Below, piece by piece: positions 24,500 to 36,723 of a stretch of 64,000 nt of DNA. The stretch's first letter is position 1, and every line of letters starts with the position of its first letter. Made by a program: the position numbers and the translations under genes. The notes beneath the pieces were generated by a model that ran no database searches, was not told the DNA's origin, and worked only from the letters and a program-made list of their open reading frames with translations. Location: the NCBI GenBank assembly GCA_043290085.1, contig CM091795.1, positions 422,025,137 through 422,089,136 of the forward strand, in the 5' to 3' direction. This stretch comes from Rhynchocyon petersi (taxonomy: Eukaryota).

Positions 24500-25330
24500 T
24501 CTTGATATTTGTGGGTTTTTTTTAAAAAAAATTTATTTTTATTTTTTAAACACCCTCTTCTCCCTCCACCAAACAAAACAAACCACATACCCTCAAGAAA
24601 ACAGAACCAAAATAAACATACAGCAACAAATGAATCAAACCACCCAAATACCAAACAAGCATATCATCATAAAAAACAAAGGGAAACAAACAAAAAAACC
24701 AAAAAAAAAAAACCCCCACTTTTGTTTTTTGCCATTTTGATTCTCTTGATCCCTTTCCCTAAACCCCTTCATCTCCCATCTCCCCAGTTTTATAATAGTG
24801 GACCTATATAGTACTTGTCCTTGTGTGACTGAGATAGCTTGCTTATTATAATATCTTCTAACCTAGACCAGGTTGTACAATATTTGAAGAATTGATCATT
24901 GTTTTGTAAAGCTGCATAGTATTCCATTGTATGGATGTACCACAACTTCTCCACCCATTCATTTGTTGATGGGCATCTGGGCTGCTTCCAGTTCCTTGCT
25001 ATTGTGGATAGTGCTGTGATGAACATTGGTGTACAGGTATCTCTTTGTACTCCATCTCTAATTTCTTTAGGGTAGATTCCCAGAAGAGCAATAGCTGGGT
25101 CAAATGGTATTTCCAGTTTTAATTCCTTGAGGAAGCACCAGACTGATCTCCACAGTGGTTGTACCATCTTGCATTCCCACCAGCAGTGCAAGAGAGTTCC
25201 GACCTTTCCGAACCCTGGACAGCGTCTATTGTTTGCTGTTGTGTTAAACTTTGCTATTGTTTCTGGGGTGAGGTGGTATCTCATTGTTGTTTTTATTTGT
25301 GGGTTTTTAAAGAAAAAGTTTTCTTATCCC
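24500..25330 (-). mobile_element. LINE-1 3' fragment on the minus strand (ORF2 C-terminus). Its 3'UTR has an A/C-rich low-complexity tail at 24500-24790.
   Basis: Minus ORF 24790-25284 translates as ...IPFDPAIALLGIYPKEIRDGVQRDTCTPMFITALSTIARNWKQPRCPSTNEWVEKLWYIHTMEYYAALQNNDQFFKYCTTWSRLEDIIISKLSQSHKDKYYIGP. Confidence 0.8.
24520..24720. repeat. A/C-rich low-complexity tract (caaac/aaaac-type simple repeats), probably the 3'UTR tail of the adjacent L1.
   Basis: Sequence reads caaacaaaacaaaccacataccctc...caaagggaaacaaacaaaaaaaccaaaaaaaaaaaaccccc. Confidence 0.8.
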
Positions 25331-26449
25331 CAGATTGTTAGTTTCAGGAGAAAATTGAGGCTCAGAGAGTTTAAGTACTTTATACAAGACTAAGTAGCTA
25401 AAGGTTTCCTGAATATGATCACAGTTCCCAGGTAAGGGCCACAGAATATGCTTGCACAGTACCTAGAGACAGAGATTTTTATTGGCCTTTCAGGTGAAGA
25501 ACTCCTGCCAAGAGGGGAGTGATTTGTTGAAGAGGCCACTCTGCAGGAGCCCAGAATCTTCTTGGCATCCACTCTACCTGGAACACATCTCCTAGTTATA
25601 TTCGGACAAGTCTAAACATGTGTTTTAGATGTGCCATTAGGATCATGCCATAAAACCAGTGTTTAGAATAACTATACTAATGATCAAAAAAAGAAGATGT
25701 ATGAAGAATGCATTTCTTATTGCTAATAATGAAAGGAGGCCTTTTAATTGGCTAAATTTTATTCCAAAACCTTAATCACCTGGCTTTAATCCACTAAACC
25801 GGTGAGGTGCAGTACTGCCCTAAGGGCACGATCAGACTTGAATGGATCTAGACTGTTTATAATACATCCTGTTACCTTGCATAAATTACCAAGGTCGAGG
25901 TCACAAAGGACACGACTTTATCGTAAAGTGCTGAAAATTATCTGAGAAAGAATGCAGTGGGCCTCTTTAAACAAGAACATACCCAGATAAGTTGAATTCC
26001 TCTGTGCTTGCTTGTGCTAAATACATGAACCCCGAAAGAAATGAGATTTCAGAAATTCAGTCTGAGAACTGTGCAAGAAGCATCATTAATCCACGAAGAG
26101 ACAGTTAGATTAAGGAGAGGATTGCGTCTTTGAAATACGTTTTAAGGTAATCCTGTGTGGCAGTTCTGCTCCGTCCCATAGGGTCGCTAAGAATAGGAAT
26201 CTACTCCATGGCAACAGGGTTGATTTTTTTTTTTTTTTGGTTTAAGGTAAAGGAGAGAACCCGCCTTTAACTCACTAGCCAATCAGGTGGTGAGGCTACC
26301 TCCCAAGGCCACTTCCTGTCTCTCTACTCTCTCTCTTCTTTCGGCTTTGGTGGGATGGTGAGTGTGCGTTTTACTTCTCTGGCTGTTTTGACTTTTTCTT
26401 CCAGTGAAGCCAGTCAGCAGTGCAGCAGGGCTTTATTTTAAGCCAGCAT

Positions 26450-26900
26450 AAGAGTGTGTGAGTGAGCGAGCGACTATTTCAGCACTGCGCAGGTTGGGGA
26501 GGGACGTGAAACGCTGCGCCCGGGCGCCTGCCTCGTTTGCACGTGGGCGGCTGCAGAGCTGGGTCGGCGTTGCTTCACCTAGACCTGGTGACCTAGGCAC
26601 AATAGCCTGTCGTTCAAGTACAGAGTGCCCGTGCGCCTGGAACATGCCTGGATTCATTCTGCGCGGAGGTACTGGCAGTTTTGAATTCCATCTCAGAGGA
26701 TGGCTCCTGCGATGAGTTGAGCCCTGCACCGGTTAAGTCTGGTAACTGTCAGCCGAGCCCGGTTGTCGATAGCTTAGTGGGACCGCAGTAGACATTCTCA
26801 CCGCCCTGCTCTTTCTTGGAGCAGTTCGCCTGTCTTGGTGAGACTGGGCGGTAAACAACTGAAGTCGGATGATTTAGTGAGTCTTCGGACAACCTCCTAA
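26450..26900 (+). promoter_or_regulatory. CpG island, a candidate distal promoter or 5' non-coding exon of CCNB1IP1. A CCAAT box lies at 26279 and strong GT donors lie at 26358 (gggatg|gtgagtg) and ~26838 (cttg|gtgagact).
   Basis: This is a dense CpG cluster. Examples are gagcgagcgact, cgctgcgcccgggcgcctgcctcg and gggtcggcg. The surrounding sequence is otherwise CpG-depleted repeat. It is upstream of, and in the same sense as, the intronic snoRNA and the CCNB1IP1 CDS. Confidence 0.45.
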
Positions 26901-27544
26901 TTTTAATGGCATTACCGCGTGCTTAGTGGCCAAAAAAAGCCAAAGGGTAGACTTAAAGGTCAGGAGTCTTCACTTAGTGCAAGCCTAAATTTAAATTTCA
27001 GCGCCACAACCTGCTCTGGTGACCTTGAGCAAGACAGCTAGTTATTCTGAGACTCAATTGGGGAAGAGAAAAGAGAAAAATACACAAGCGCACTAGCAGG
27101 CATTTAAGTGTTGGTGCCTTCTAAGCGATCAGTTATTTTTGGATATTAAAACGTTTGCCTCGTGACCTTGACTGAAATCTACCCTATTTTTCTCTTTGAT
27201 AGTCAGAAATATTAATGCAAACGTAATGCATGTTTTGGTTATCCTTAAAGGCAGAAAATGAGAAAGACAAAATAATAAACTAGCTTGATAGCTAATTATT
27301 GTTATTGTTATGTGCCATCGAAGTCGAAGACGGCTCATAGCGACCCTATGAACAGCAGACCTGAAATGCGCCCTATCCTGAGCCATCCTCACCATCTCAG
27401 ACAGCTATTTGTAAGACTTGCAAAAATCATAATTCGTTAGCTTTATTGTCAATTTAATTTTTCAAAGCGATCACTCCCATGGACTGCCCTCTCCTAACTT
27501 ATCCTTTCCCTTACACTGAATCACCCCACCCCATTTTCATAGTA

Positions 27545-27735
27545 ATGGTCTTATATGGTGGTGGTGGTGGTACCGTCGAGTATATGAGCAACTCATAGTG
27601 ACCCTCCCAAGGGTTTCCGGAGGCGGTATCTCACACGGAAGTAGAAACCACTCTTTCTCCTGCGGAGCAGCTGGCAGGTTTGAACCGCGTGCCTTTGGGC
27701 TTGCAGCACAGCTCTTCCACCACTAGGCCATACCA
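27545..27735 (-). mobile_element. AfroSINE (tRNA-derived SINE with an RTE-type tail), one of about 40 copies in the window.
   Basis: The reverse orientation reads ggtggtggtaccgtcgagt..gactcatagtgaccctcccaagggtttccggaggcggtatctcacacggaagtagaaaccactctttctcc..gcagctggcaggtttgaaccgcgtgcctttgggcttgcagcacagctcttccaccactaggccataccagctg. Box A and box B like tRNA-derived regions are present. Confidence 0.8.
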
Positions 27736-29839
27736 GCTGCCAAGTCTTATATAGTACTTGTCCTTTTGTGACTGAGATAGTTCACTCAGCCTTATGTTCT
27801 CTAGACTTGCCCATGTTGTGTAGTGTTTGAAAACAATTTTTTTATGCTGCATAGTATTCCATTGTTTGAATGGACCACAGTTTCGCTACCCATTCATTTA
27901 TTGATGGAAATTTGGGCTATTTCCATCTTTTGCTATTGTGAATAATGCTGTAATAAACAGTCATATGTCCCTTTGCTCTGATTCCCTTGGGATATGTTCC
28001 CAGAAGGGGCAAATCTGGATCAGATGGGGTTTTTTTCCGTTTTAACCTTTTGAGGAAGCACACTACTGCCTTCTGTAGTGGTTCTACCATTTTACATTAC
28101 CACCAGCAGTGTATAAGAGTTCAGTCTCTCCCTATCCTCTCCAGCATTTTTAGTATTTGCTGACCTATTAAACTTTGCTGTGGCTGTTGGGCTCAGGTTG
28201 TTGTTTGATATACATCTCTCTGATTGCTAGTGATTTTAAGAAATTCCTCTTGAGTTTGTTTGCCATCTGTGAGCCCTGCCCCTCAGGAGGCAGGTAGATA
28301 ACAAACTTCATTTTCTGCTTAATCATTTATTTATTGTTTGTATAGACATATGCTTCAGAATTCAGTGGACCATCTGTAGCATCATGCTGATGATTTTCTT
28401 CATTCTTGAATGGTCTTTGGTTCTTGGTCTTTGTCCTTTTTATGTCTAGATAAAGTTTCCATATAGCAAATGTTTTAATCTGGGATATCCTTTTCCCTAG
28501 AATGGTGGTGTGGTGGGTTATCATCGAGTCGTGACCGACTCATAGTGACCCTCCCGAGGGTTTCCAGAGGCAGTATCTCACACGGGAGTTGAAGCTACTC
28601 TTTCTCCTGCGGAGCAGCTGGCGGATTCAAATCATGTGCTTTTGGGCTGGCTCCTTTACTAGGCCATGCCAGCTGCTCTTCCCTAGAATGGTGGTGGTGG
28701 GGTACCATTGAGTTGTGACCAACTCATAGTGACTCTCCCGAGGGTTTCCGGAGGCCATATCTCGCACAGGAGTGGAAGCCACTCTTTGTCCCTTGGAGCA
28801 GCTGGCGGATTTGAACCGCGTGCCTTTGGGTTGGGCAGCACAGCTCCTTACCACTAGGCCATGTAGATACTGTCCGCTTTCTTATAGCAGAGCAACTAGA
28901 ATTACATAGGACCTAGCATACAAGGTTAGTTTCAAATTCCATTTTCTTGAGCGGTGCTACCAATCCTACCCAAAGGCACGTGGTTTGAGTCCTATTGAGT
29001 CGGCCAGCTCCTCTGTAGGAGAAGGTGGCATCAACTCCTGTGCAACTCCTCTGGCAACCTGAACTCGATGGTACTTAACAACAACTAAGGATAAAGAAAA
29101 AGGCTGTCATTTAATCTCTGAATCGTTTGCTTGTCTTTTAAATGAAGATACTGCAGAGTGAGGCAATGTATGGAGGTTGTTTTTAGGTTCTCTCAAGTTG
29201 GGACCAACTCATAGCTAACCTTCTGGCAGGTTGTCAGAGGCATTTAATCCCACAGGGGTTGATGCCACACTCTGTTGCGGAGCAGCTGGTGGAATTGAAC
29301 TGCATGCCTTACGGTTGGCAGCACAGCTCCTTATCTTTAGGCTACCAGAGCTTAGTGTGTGGAGAGTACATGTTATTTGTTCTTGCTGTCTTCACTCCAG
29401 CCTTTTGTAACTGTATTTTCATCCAGCATTGAGACTGAGCCTGGATGAGGTGTTGGGCTGTTGGGTGAGCGTCATAGTTATTCATATTGCTGACCTGACC
29501 ACTTATGTTTTGAATGGATTCCTTCTGCACTTTAAAAGGAAAACGATACCTAATTCTTAACAAAAAACCCCACAGTGAATAGAAAACTAAACTTGTTCTT
29601 GGTCTTTTTCCTTTATCTTTTTTTTCAGTCGACTCAGTTTATTGCTGTTGAGCTAGAACTGACTCAGTTGACCCTTCAGCAGATTTTTGGGAGGCTGTAA
29701 ATTGCATGGGAAGAGATGGCTTATCTTTCTCCTGGGGAGTGACTGGTGGATTTGAACTGCCAGAGAGTGGCCTTTGGGTAAGCTGCACAGTTTCCTCTAA
29801 GCTATGCCAGGCCCACCAGAGCTCCCTTTTCAGATAGTT

Positions 29840-30940
29840 GTTGTTAGATGCCCTCTAGTTGTCTGTTACTTACAATGACCCTATGAATAAGAGATCTGAA
29901 AGTTGCCCTGTCTTGTGCCCTCCTCACCATCTTTGATATACTTCAGTCCATTGTTACGGTTACTGTGTCAGTCCATCTTGTTGAAGGTCTTCCCCTTTTA
30001 CTGGTCTCTCCTAAGTATGTGAGTGTCACCATCCTTACCTCCAAGGAGCACCTCTTGTTGCAGTTTCTCCAAGACATGGCAATTTGTTCTTTTGGCAGTC
30101 CATGGTACATTCCGTATCCTTGATTCTTCTTTGATCATCCTTACTAATTGTCCAACTTTCAGATGTGTAAATTGAAAAGACCATGGCTTGAATCAAGTGC
30201 CTCTTGGTTTTTGAACTGGCATCTTTGCTCTTTAGTACTGTAAAAAGGTGCTTGACAGAAGCAGATTTTCTCAATGCCACATGTTATTTCTTGCCTTTTG
30301 GTAGCAAGGCTGTTGATTGTGGATCCAAGTAAGATGAAGTTGGCAGTTTCAGTCCTTCTCCATGTATCATGAAGTTGCTTATTGTTTCAGGTGAGGACTT
30401 GTTTGCTTGATGTTGAGATGTAATCCACATTGAAGGCTGTAGTTCTTGATCTTCCGCAGTATTTCAAGTCCTTTTCACTTTCAGCAAGCAAGTTGTATTA
30501 ACTGTATGTTGCAGTTTAGGTCTTCTTCCAATCGGATTCCATCGTCTCAAATGATTTGCTCAGCATACAGATGAAATACTTATGGAGAAAAAAAATACAG
30601 CCGTGTCATACACCTTTTCTGATTTTAAAACATGCAATGTTTTTTGCTCTGTTCAGACAACGGCTTCTTTGTCTAGATATGAGTTTTGCATGAGGACAAT
30701 TATGTGTTTTAGGATTCCCATTCTTGACAGTGTTAGCCATAATTTGCTGTGATCCACACAGTCAGATACCTTTGCATAATCAATACAATAAGTAGGCATC
30801 ATTTTGGTATTCTCTGCTTTCAGATAAGATCCATTTGAAATTAGCCATGATATCCTTGGTGCTATGGCCTCTTCTGAATCCACTTATATTTCTGGCAGTT
30901 CTCTGTAGATGTACTGTTCCAGCAAGATTTTGCTTGCATA
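29840..30940 (-). mobile_element. RTE-class element (3' part, minus strand). It abuts an inverted RTE tail at 30940-31165 (plus strand). Further RTE 5'-region sequence follows to ~32050.
   Basis: The tail reads tgttgttagatgccctctagttgtctgttacttacaatgaccctatgaataagagatctgaaag. The plus-strand tail reads gggtcgctatgaattgccttcgactcaatggtacataacaacaaca. The 5'-region motif ccagatatcttggcacagcttggtgagcacatccag recurs in other copies. Confidence 0.6.
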
Positions 30941-33900
30941 TTGCTAGGAGATGCCAATCCCTGGAGAAGGACATCATGTTTGGGAAGGTGGAGAGTAAGA
31001 GAGGAAGGGGCAAATCCTTTACTAGATGATGGACACGGTTACTGCAGTGATAGGTGCGAGTGTGTTGGAGATAGTGATGATAGGGTACAGGATAGGATGC
31101 GTTTCAGGTCTGCAGTTCATAGGGTCGCTATGAATTGCCTTCGACTCAATGGTACATAACAACAACATAATGGTAATATAATTAGATATAGTAACTTCCA
31201 CATTCTGTTGGATCTCTTTTTAAAAATTGGAATATGGATATAGTCCATTCAGTTGATCAGGGAAGGTAGCTGTTTTCCAGATATCTTGGCACAGCTTGGT
31301 GAGCACATCCAGGTCTGCATCTGTAGATATGTCAATTGGTATTCATTCTGGGGACTTATTTTTTTCCAGTGCCGCTACTTCCTGAAATGGATCCATATTA
31401 GCCAGTTCTTTTTGGGCAGTGACTCTGTATTTGTTTCATGTTCTTTTGATGCTTCCTGCTTCATTCAAAGTTTTGCCCATAGCATCTTTCAGTATTGCAA
31501 CTCGTGGCTTTAATTTGTATTTCAGTTCTTTCAGCTTAAGAAATGCTGAGTGTGTTTGTCTCTTGATCTTCCAGCTCTAGCTCTTTGCACATTTTATGTA
31601 ATACTTTGTTTTGTTTTCTTAAGCTGCCCTTTGAAATCTGTTAATCTCTGACTTTGGCATTTCTTCTCTTTGTTTTGGCTTCTTAACAATCCAATGCAGT
31701 ATTCAAAATCTAACATCTGTTTTGGTCTTTTCTTTCTCCTCTGTCTTGATTTCAGAGCTTATTTGGTATCCGATCATTAGTGTTCAGTGCCTCGAACCTT
31801 TTTCTGACATGGCTTTTAAATTCAGGTGGGATATACTCAAGGTCGTATTTTGGTTGTTGTGAGTCCCTTTTTGTTTTCTTTAGCTTCAGTTTGAACTTGA
31901 ACATGAGTAATTCATGGTCTGTTCCACAGCCAGCAGCTGGCCTGGTTCTGAGTACTAACGTTGAGCTGCTTCTTTTTACGTAGATGTACTCAATGAGATT
32001 CACGTGTAGCCCATCAGATGAGGTCTAGGTGTATAAGTCGCTGTTTGTGTTATTTTTCAAAGTGTATTTGCAGTGAATACATTTAATGTACAAAATGTAA
32101 TAATTTTATTTTCCAGCCTTGTTTCTATCATCAAGTCCGTGCTTTCCAACTACCAGTTCTTTGTTTCCAACTTTTTTATTCCATTTCTGATAGTGGTACC
32201 TTATAAAATTATTTCACAAGGAGACCAAAGCCAAGTGACCAGTGTCTATTGCTTTCCTTTTTCTTCAGACTGAAGATCGAATCCACTGAGGAGAACACTC
32301 CCTGTTCTTCAGGAGACTATGCCAGAAGAGAAGTGGCACTGTGGACACTTTTCTAACATCTCTAGGCCCCTCTAGAAATCAAGTGGATTTGACCATTCTC
32401 CATGGGAAGGTTTAAAGACCCTTTGGATAGATCAGGAAGGCAAGTACTTGCACTGTACTAAGTAGAGATTCCGATTCCTCCAAGGCCTTGTCTGATGATC
32501 TGTATGACTATTTTGGATTTTCTTCCCATTTATTTGAATCTTACTTAGTTCTTTTGCATATTGTTTGACTATGGGTTGTAAACTTTCAGTTTGGTTAGAC
32601 TTGCTGTCTAAACTATTAACTATGCAAAGGATATCCTTCCCTAATTTAATGTTGAGCATGGATAGTTGACATTCTTTTTGGGTCAGTAATTTATATTCTT
32701 GAAATGAAAAATGGACAGTTAATCTAACTTTCCTTGAGGCTGTATCCTACTTTATCCTCACAGGCTGTGCTTAAACCCATTATGCCAGTCTGTGTTAGTC
32801 CATCTCCTTGAAGTCTTCTGCTATGCATGATGTCCTTCACAGTCTTTTCTCACGTTCATTTGCGTTCTTCATGTGTGATATCCTTGATTTCATTGTACAA
32901 CTCTGCTGGTTTCCAATCATTAGTATTCAGCACTTCAAATGTATTGTAATGGTTTCTAAATTCAGCTGAGATATATTCAAGGTTGTATTTTGGCTCTTGT
33001 GTCTTTTTAGCTAGGTTGTATCTGAAAGTTGTTGGGTGCCATCAAGTTGTTTCTGGGTCATAGTGACCTTTACTGCAATGCTAATTTGTGCTAGTCTCAT
33101 AATTGTCACTATATTGGTGCCAGCATGTCTGTCATTGAATTTCTGCCTCCGGTATGATGTCCTCCAGAGACTAGTCCCTCCCAAGGTGCTTGTTGTTGTT
33201 AGGTTCCATTGCATCAAGCATGATTAATAACTACCCTATGAACAGCACATCTGAAACCTGCCCTATCCTGCACCATCCCAAGGTTTGTTCGGTACCATTG
33301 AATTATTTCAATAACTACTACAATTAGTTTTTGACAGTCTTCATCATATCTCTGTTGTTAGTCGAGTTGGGACCAACTCATAGCTGATCCTTCTGTGGGT
33401 AGTCAGAGGCAGTTACTTGCATGTGAGTTGACATCACTCTTTTCTCCCGTAGAGTAGCTGGCGGTGTGCCTTTGGGTAAGCAGCCCATCTTTTAAATCAG
33501 CACACTGCTACGTGAACAGGAACGTTATGAAGGTATAATTCTAATATTTCTTTTACAAGTTCTATTTTAAATGAAGACTTAATATATCATTAATTGTATC
33601 AAAATTTTTAGCTAATGGTTAGAAAAAGAATTTTTTCGGTAAATGGTCTGAAGGTGGCCTTTAGTGATGTCTGGCGGTGCACCTGAAAGTTCAGGTTGAT
33701 ATTCTTGAGCTATGTTGTTTTTGTTAGGTATCACTGAGTTGAGCACTACTCAAAGCAGCTCTGAACAGCGTATCTGAAAACTGACCTATTCTGCACCGTC
33801 ATCACCATCCCTGCCTTTCCTGCACTGACCCTCCACCCTTCCTAGCATGATGTTTCTTTCCAGGGACTGGCCTCTCCTGACAACATGCTCAAAGTTGCAC

Positions 33901-35299
33901 TATCCTTTCCTCCCAGGAGCACTATAGTTGTACTCTCTCCAGGACATATGTGTTTGTTCTTTTGTCAGTCCATGGGATATTGGATATTCCAGCACCACAA
34001 CTTAAAGCATCAATTCTTTTATCATCCTTACTCATTTTCCAGCGTTCAGATGCATAGTTAGTAATTGAGAAGACCATGGTTTGGAGCAGGTGCACCTTTG
34101 TGTTCAAACTGACATCATTACTTTTCCATTCTTTAGAGAGGTCTTTAACAGCAGACTTTCCCAGTGTGATGGGTCTTTTGATTTTTTTCCTTTTTTTTTT
34201 TTTTTTAGAAAAAAAATTACACTTCTGATTTCTTGACTACTGGACAGATGAAATCATTGATGGTTTCAGCCCTTTCTCTGTCAATTATGGTGTTCCCTGT
34301 TCACCCAGTGGTTGACCCAGTGATCTTGGTTTTCTTGAAGTTTACAGTAATACATTTGAAGACTGCAGTCCTTGATCGTTTGCAGCAAACTTTTCAAGTC
34401 CTCTTCACTTCCAGCAATCAGAGTTGTGCCATATATGTATTGCAGGTTAATAATGCATCTTGCTCTGATCCTGATGCCACCTTCTTCCTCATAGAGCCCA
34501 GCTTCCCAAATAATTTGCTAAGCATACAGATTAAATCGGTATGAGGAAAGGATATAGCCATGATGCACACCATTCTTGATTTTGAACCATTCAGTATTCC
34601 TGAGCTCTGTTTAAGCTTTAGAAGAGAAAAACAAAAGCTTTCTTACGTTGCCATCTTGTGGTGGGAATGTGTTCCAAATCATGCTGTCTTAAGTGAGCCT
34701 TTTCCTTAGTTTACTGTGGAAAGGGTTTCACTACAGTAAAGATGAAATAAAATAGAAGTCGGTTCTATGATATTAACATATGTTTTGGAAAAAGCCTGAC
34801 TATTTTGGATGACCTTCCCATTTATCTGAATCTTACTGATTTTTTTTTTTGGGGGGGGTGTTGTTTTGTGTACCTGCATGGTTTGCAAATATTCAGTGTG
34901 ATTATGGACTTCCTGTCTAAACTTTTAAGACTTATGCACCGTAAGTCCTGCTCTAATTTAATGTTGAACGTGGGCATTTGGCATTCTTTGTGGGTCATGA
35001 ATAACTTAATGTTATTGAACAGGAGCTTTAGGTGAAAAATGGGCAGTTACTCTCATTTTCCCTGACACGGCGTGGAGCAGGCTGGTGTATACTTGGGGTC
35101 ACACTATCATAACATTCATATGCTTATTTTTTATTTTTGAGAGATAAGGTTAGTTAATTGTAGATCATGTTGCTTTACATGATTCCCAGATAGATGCTGG
35201 ACTCATCTGTTACCAGAGGTAAGTGTGAGAAGAAGAAAAAAACACAAATGCCTTTATATTGTTCTCAATTAAATTTATAATAATATAGCAAAAGGTGGG

Positions 35300-36545
35300 C
35301 TGTGTTATTGTTGTTGTTGTGTGCCGTCGAGTCGAAGACGACTCATAGCGACCCCATGAACAGCAGACCTGAATTGCGCCCTATCCTGAGCCATCCTCAC
35401 CATCTTCGACACACGCACGCCCATCACTGCAGCAACCGTATCCATCCATCTAGTCGAGGGTCTACCCCTTCCTCTCCTACCTTCCACCTTTTCAAACATG
35501 ATGTCCCTCTCCAGGGACCGGTCTCTCCTGGCAACATGTCCGAAATACGTGAGGCGGAGCTTCACCACCCTCGCCTCCAGGGAGCACTCTGGCTGGATCC
35601 TCTCCAGAACATACTTATTCGTTTTCTTGGCCATCCATGGGATATTGAGAACTCTTCTCCAACACCACAGCTCAAAGGCATCAATTCTTCATCTGTCGTC
35701 CTTAGTCATTGTCCAACTCTCGGATGCATGGGTAACGATTGAGAAGACCATAGTTTGGATCAGACGCACCTTTGTCTTCAAACTGATATCCTTACTCCTC
35801 AGGACCTTGGCGAGGTCTCTAACTGCAGCCTTTGCCAATGTGATACGTCTCCTGACCTCCTGGCTGCTAGTGCCAAGGGTGTTGACTGTGGATCCAAGCA
35901 GTATGAAATCCTTGACATTTTCAATCCTCTCCCCATCCACTATGACATCCCCTATTGGCCCAGTAGCAAGGATCTTGGTTTTCCTGAGATTCAGCTTCAA
36001 TCCATACTGTAGGCTGCACTCCTTAATTTTATGCAGCAGAGCCTTCAAGTCATCTTCACTCTCAGCAAGCAAGGTTGTGTCATCTGCGTATCGCAAGTTG
36101 TTGATGCATCTTCCTCCAATCCTAATTCCACGCTCCTCCTCGTAGAGTCCCGCCTCCCGGATAATCTGCTCTGCATACAGGTTGAACAGGTATGGAGACA
36201 GGATGCAACCCTGGCGCACACCTTTCCTGACTTTGAACCATGCAGTGTTCCCATGCTCTGTTCTTACCACAGCTTCTTGATCTAGATACAGATTTCGCAT
36301 GAGCATGATCAAGTGTTCTGGAATTCCCATTTTCCTCAATGTGAGCCACAGTCTGTTGTGGTCCACACAGTCAAATGCCTTTGCATAGTCAATGAAGCAC
36401 AGGTACACATTCTTCTGATACTCCTTACTCTGAGCCAGGATCCATCTAACATCTGCGATGATGTCCCTGGTGCCCCGGCCCCTTCTAAAACCAGCCTGAC
36501 ACTCTGGCAATTCCCTGTCAATGTACTGTGCTGTGTTATTAGTAC
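35300..36545 (-). mobile_element. Young RTE/BovB-class retrotransposon copy (3' 1.25 kb, 5'-truncated). It carries a 273-aa uninterrupted reverse-transcriptase ORF (35689-36510) plus a downstream 109-aa C-terminal ORF.
   Basis: The ORF reads ...FIDYAKAFDCVDHNRLWLTLRKMGIPEHLIMLMRNLYLDQEAVVRTEHGNTAWFKVRKGVRQGCILSPYLFNLYAEQIIREAGLYEEERGIRIGGRCINNLRYADDTTLLAESEDDLKALLHKIKECSLQYGLKLNLRKTKILATGP. RT domains 3-7, including YADD, are intact. The canonical tail reads tgttgttgtgtgccgtcgagtcgaagacgactcatagcgacccc. Confidence 0.85.
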
Positions 36546-36647
36546 CTGAAATTTGGTAGCTGAGAAGTTTTTAATTGCAATCTTAGGTGGCTTTCCTGAT
36601 GTAAGTATTAGGAACTGGTGGTGGTTTGCCCTTCACCAATCATTTAC

Positions 36648-36723
36648 AGTTTGCCATGATGAAATGCATGTTAAGTCCGTGTTTCAGCTGATCACCTGAT
36701 TAAACACATGCTCTGAGCAGACT
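36648..36723 (+). ncRNA. SNORD126: C/D-box snoRNA, the positional equivalent of SNORD126 in a CCNB1IP1 intron. Boxes read: C box ATGATGA at 36656-36662, D' CTGA at ~36688, C'-like TGATTAA, D box CTGA at 36713-36716. The terminal stem is agtttgc/gcagact.
   Basis: Sequence is agtttgccATGATGAaatgcatgttaagtccgtgtttcagCTGAtcaccTGATTAAacacatgctCTGAgcagact. It is 76 nt with canonical box order and spacing. A 7-bp terminal stem flanks the C and D boxes. It is intronic and in the same sense as the host gene. Confidence 0.7.

Noticed and set aside
35498-36145. A 215-aa plus-strand ORF and other plus-strand ORFs inside the RTE copy.
   Set aside because: They are the antisense strand of the RTE reverse-transcriptase ORF. 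The same antisense ORFs recur in every RTE copy (e.g. 46739-47293, 3506-3880), so they are a property of the repeat consensus, not a gene.
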